Shown here: positions 62,340 to 64,000 of the stretch, in pieces
How positions within the stretch are numbered: position 1 is the stretch's first letter
How the letters are laid out: the number at the start of each line of letters is the position of its first letter
DNA from: an uncultured cyanobacterium
GTDB lineage: Bacteria; Cyanobacteriota; Cyanobacteriia; CAKZMO01
NCBI GenBank assembly: GCA_963719515.1
Contig: CAVRCJ010000003.1
Coordinates: 256,001 to 320,000, forward strand
Reading direction: 5' to 3'
DNA length: 64,000 nt
Translations under genes and position numbers: made by a program
Notes under the pieces: model-generated
Seen by the model: only the letters and a program-made list of their open reading frames with translations
The model's database searches: none
Told to the model about the DNA's origin: nothing

Positions 62340-63524
62340 GTGCAGTCAATCCCCCCCCTCGATTTAACCCAGCAATACCAGCACATCAGCCAGGATATTA
62401 ATCGGGCTGTGCTAGAAGTATTGTCCTCCGGACAATACATTAAAGGTCCACCCGTTAAGCAGTTTGAAATCGAGTTTGCCCACTACATCGGCACTTCAGA
62501 CTGCGTTGCCTGTAATTCGGGCACCGATGCCCTCTACCTGGCTCTTAGAGCGTTTGATATCGGCCCCGGTGACGAGGTGATCACCACTCCCTTCACCTTC
62601 ATTGCCACGGCAGAAACCATCAGCGCGGTGGGGGCCACGCCGGTTTTTGTCGATGTCGATGCCCAGACGTTTAACCTCGACCTCGAGCAGGTGGCGGCGG
62701 CAATCGGCGATCGCACGCGGGCCATCATTCCCGTACATCTGTTTGGGCAGCCCACCAATATGTCAAAGCTGATGGCGATCGCTAAATCGCGAGACCTAGT
62801 GGTCATCGAGGACTGCGCTCAGGCCGTGGGGGCGCAGTGGAACGGTGAGACAGTGGGTAGTATTGGCGATGTGGGCTGCTTTAGCTTTTACCCCACCAAA
62901 AATCTTGGCGCTTACGGCGACGGGGGGGCGGTGACCACGAGCGACAGCGCCGTTGCGGCCAAAATGCGAATTCTCAGCGACCACGGGCGCACCGGCACTT
63001 ACTACCATGAAGCGGTAGGGGTCAACAGTCGGCTAGATAGCATTCAGGCCGCTATCTTGCTCGTCAAGCTGCGGCACCTAAACCGGTGGAATGTTCAGCG
63101 CCGCGCCGTTGCTGAACGCTATTCTCAGGGGCTACAGGCAGCGCCTAACCTAGTCGTGCCGCTGCCGATCGCTGGAGGCTATAGCGTTTGGCATCAATAC
63201 ACGGTGCGGGTGCCAGAACCCCAGAGACCAGAATCCCAAAAGCCAGAATCCCAAAAGCCAAGACCACCGCAAGACCACTCCCTTCGCGATCGCCTCAAGG
63301 ACGCGCTGCAGCAGCAGGGCATCAAGACGATGGTCTACTACCCGGTTCCCCTCAACCAGCAGCCGGTCTATGCCCAGACCGCTATGGCGTCATCCACCCC
63401 AACAGCGCGTCGCCTCGCCCAAGAGGTCCTGTCGCTGCCGATGTTTCCAGAGCTGACCTCAGAGCAACAGCTGCGAGTGATCCACGGTATCAAAGACGTC
63501 ATGAAGATAATCAGTCCGGGGTGA
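62340..63524 (+). CDS. DegT/DnrJ/EryC1/StrS PLP aminotransferase
   Basis: NSGTDAL, PVHLFG, IEDCAQA, SFYPTKNLGAYGDGG, NSRLD; GTG start inferred. Confidence 0.92.
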   Translation: MQSIPPLDLTQQYQHISQDINRAVLEVLSSGQYIKGPPVKQFEIEFAHYIGTSDCVACNSGTDALYLALRAFDIGPGDEVITTPFTFIATAETISAVGATPVFVDVDAQTFNLDLEQVAAAIGDRTRAIIPVHLFGQPTNMSKLMAIAKSRDLVVIEDCAQAVGAQWNGETVGSIGDVGCFSFYPTKNLGAYGDGGAVTTSDSAVAAKMRILSDHGRTGTYYHEAVGVNSRLDSIQAAILLVKLRHLNRWNVQRRAVAERYSQGLQAAPNLVVPLPIAGGYSVWHQYTVRVPEPQRPESQKPESQKPRPPQDHSLRDRLKDALQQQGIKTMVYYPVPLNQQPVYAQTAMASSTPTARRLAQEVLSLPMFPELTSEQQLRVIHGIKDVMKIISPG

Positions 63525-63553
63525 TATTTTTCCTGAACCGTTGCCACGGGATT

Positions 63554-63567
63554 GTAATAAGTGTTAC
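63554..63567. promoter_or_regulatory. Candidate NtcA box
   Basis: GTA-ATAAGTGT-TAC matches GTAN8TAC. Confidence 0.4.
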
Positions 63568-64000
63568 GTTTTAGGGACAAGAATTAGAGTTTGGCCCCTG
63601 TTTGCGGTGAGCTGCTTTACGCCGTGGTGATTTTGAGCTACACCGCCGGTTAGAGCCCAATCTGAGAGCGCATCTATCTTTAGGAATTTCTTCAACTGAT
63701 AAAGATCTTCCGGGCGCTGTGCGGATCAGATTGAAATGGGTCAACCTAGAGTAGCGCCCAAAGATTCATGGTAAATTAAGCAATGGTTCATCCGGAACTT
63801 TTTTAGTTCCTGTGCTGCTGCGCTTGCGCAGTAAGCGCCTTCCACGTTGGCTGGTTTACACTTCCTCAAACGGTAATTACGCGGACAAAGATGGGGCGGC
63901 GTACGGCAAGGCTTTCAGTTAAAAGAATTTGCAGATTAAAGACTTGGTACTCCTTGAAGTTTATACCCCACGCTTTACTGCGCCTACTGTCTCTACCAAC

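Overview
Cyanobacterial chromosomal window, GC-rich and dense in HIP1 (GCGATCGC); a Leptolyngbya/Nodosilinea-like host is my inference. Most of it is core or conserved genes: purK, radC, mrnC-rlmB, speB, pyrH-frr, fabG, rsmB, yqeK-rsfS-CGLD27-asparaginase-tRNA-fMet, topA, ndhB, ppk2, a GH100 invertase and a homospermidine synthase-like gene. There are three accessory parts. (1) A complete IS200/IS605-family element (3639-5015) with both end hairpins, a TTGAC target motif and an intact TnpB but no TnpA. Where TnpA would be, it carries a divergent 46-aa ribbon-helix-helix-like ORF that the ORF track missed, with tandem operator-like repeats between the two start codons. This is the most interesting signal. 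(2) A five-gene phosphorelay cluster (histidine kinases and Rcp1-like receivers) with no DNA-binding output. (3) A ~1440-aa G8-domain protein with a duplicated CBM-like module and Met/His/Asp-rich repeats, divergent from a GT4 gene. Smaller observations include a homopolymer frameshift, a probable ATT start codon, a degenerate IS605 right-end relic and several operator-like palindromes. No CRISPR array, rRNA or prophage was seen. Family assignments come from motif recognition only; no database searches were run.
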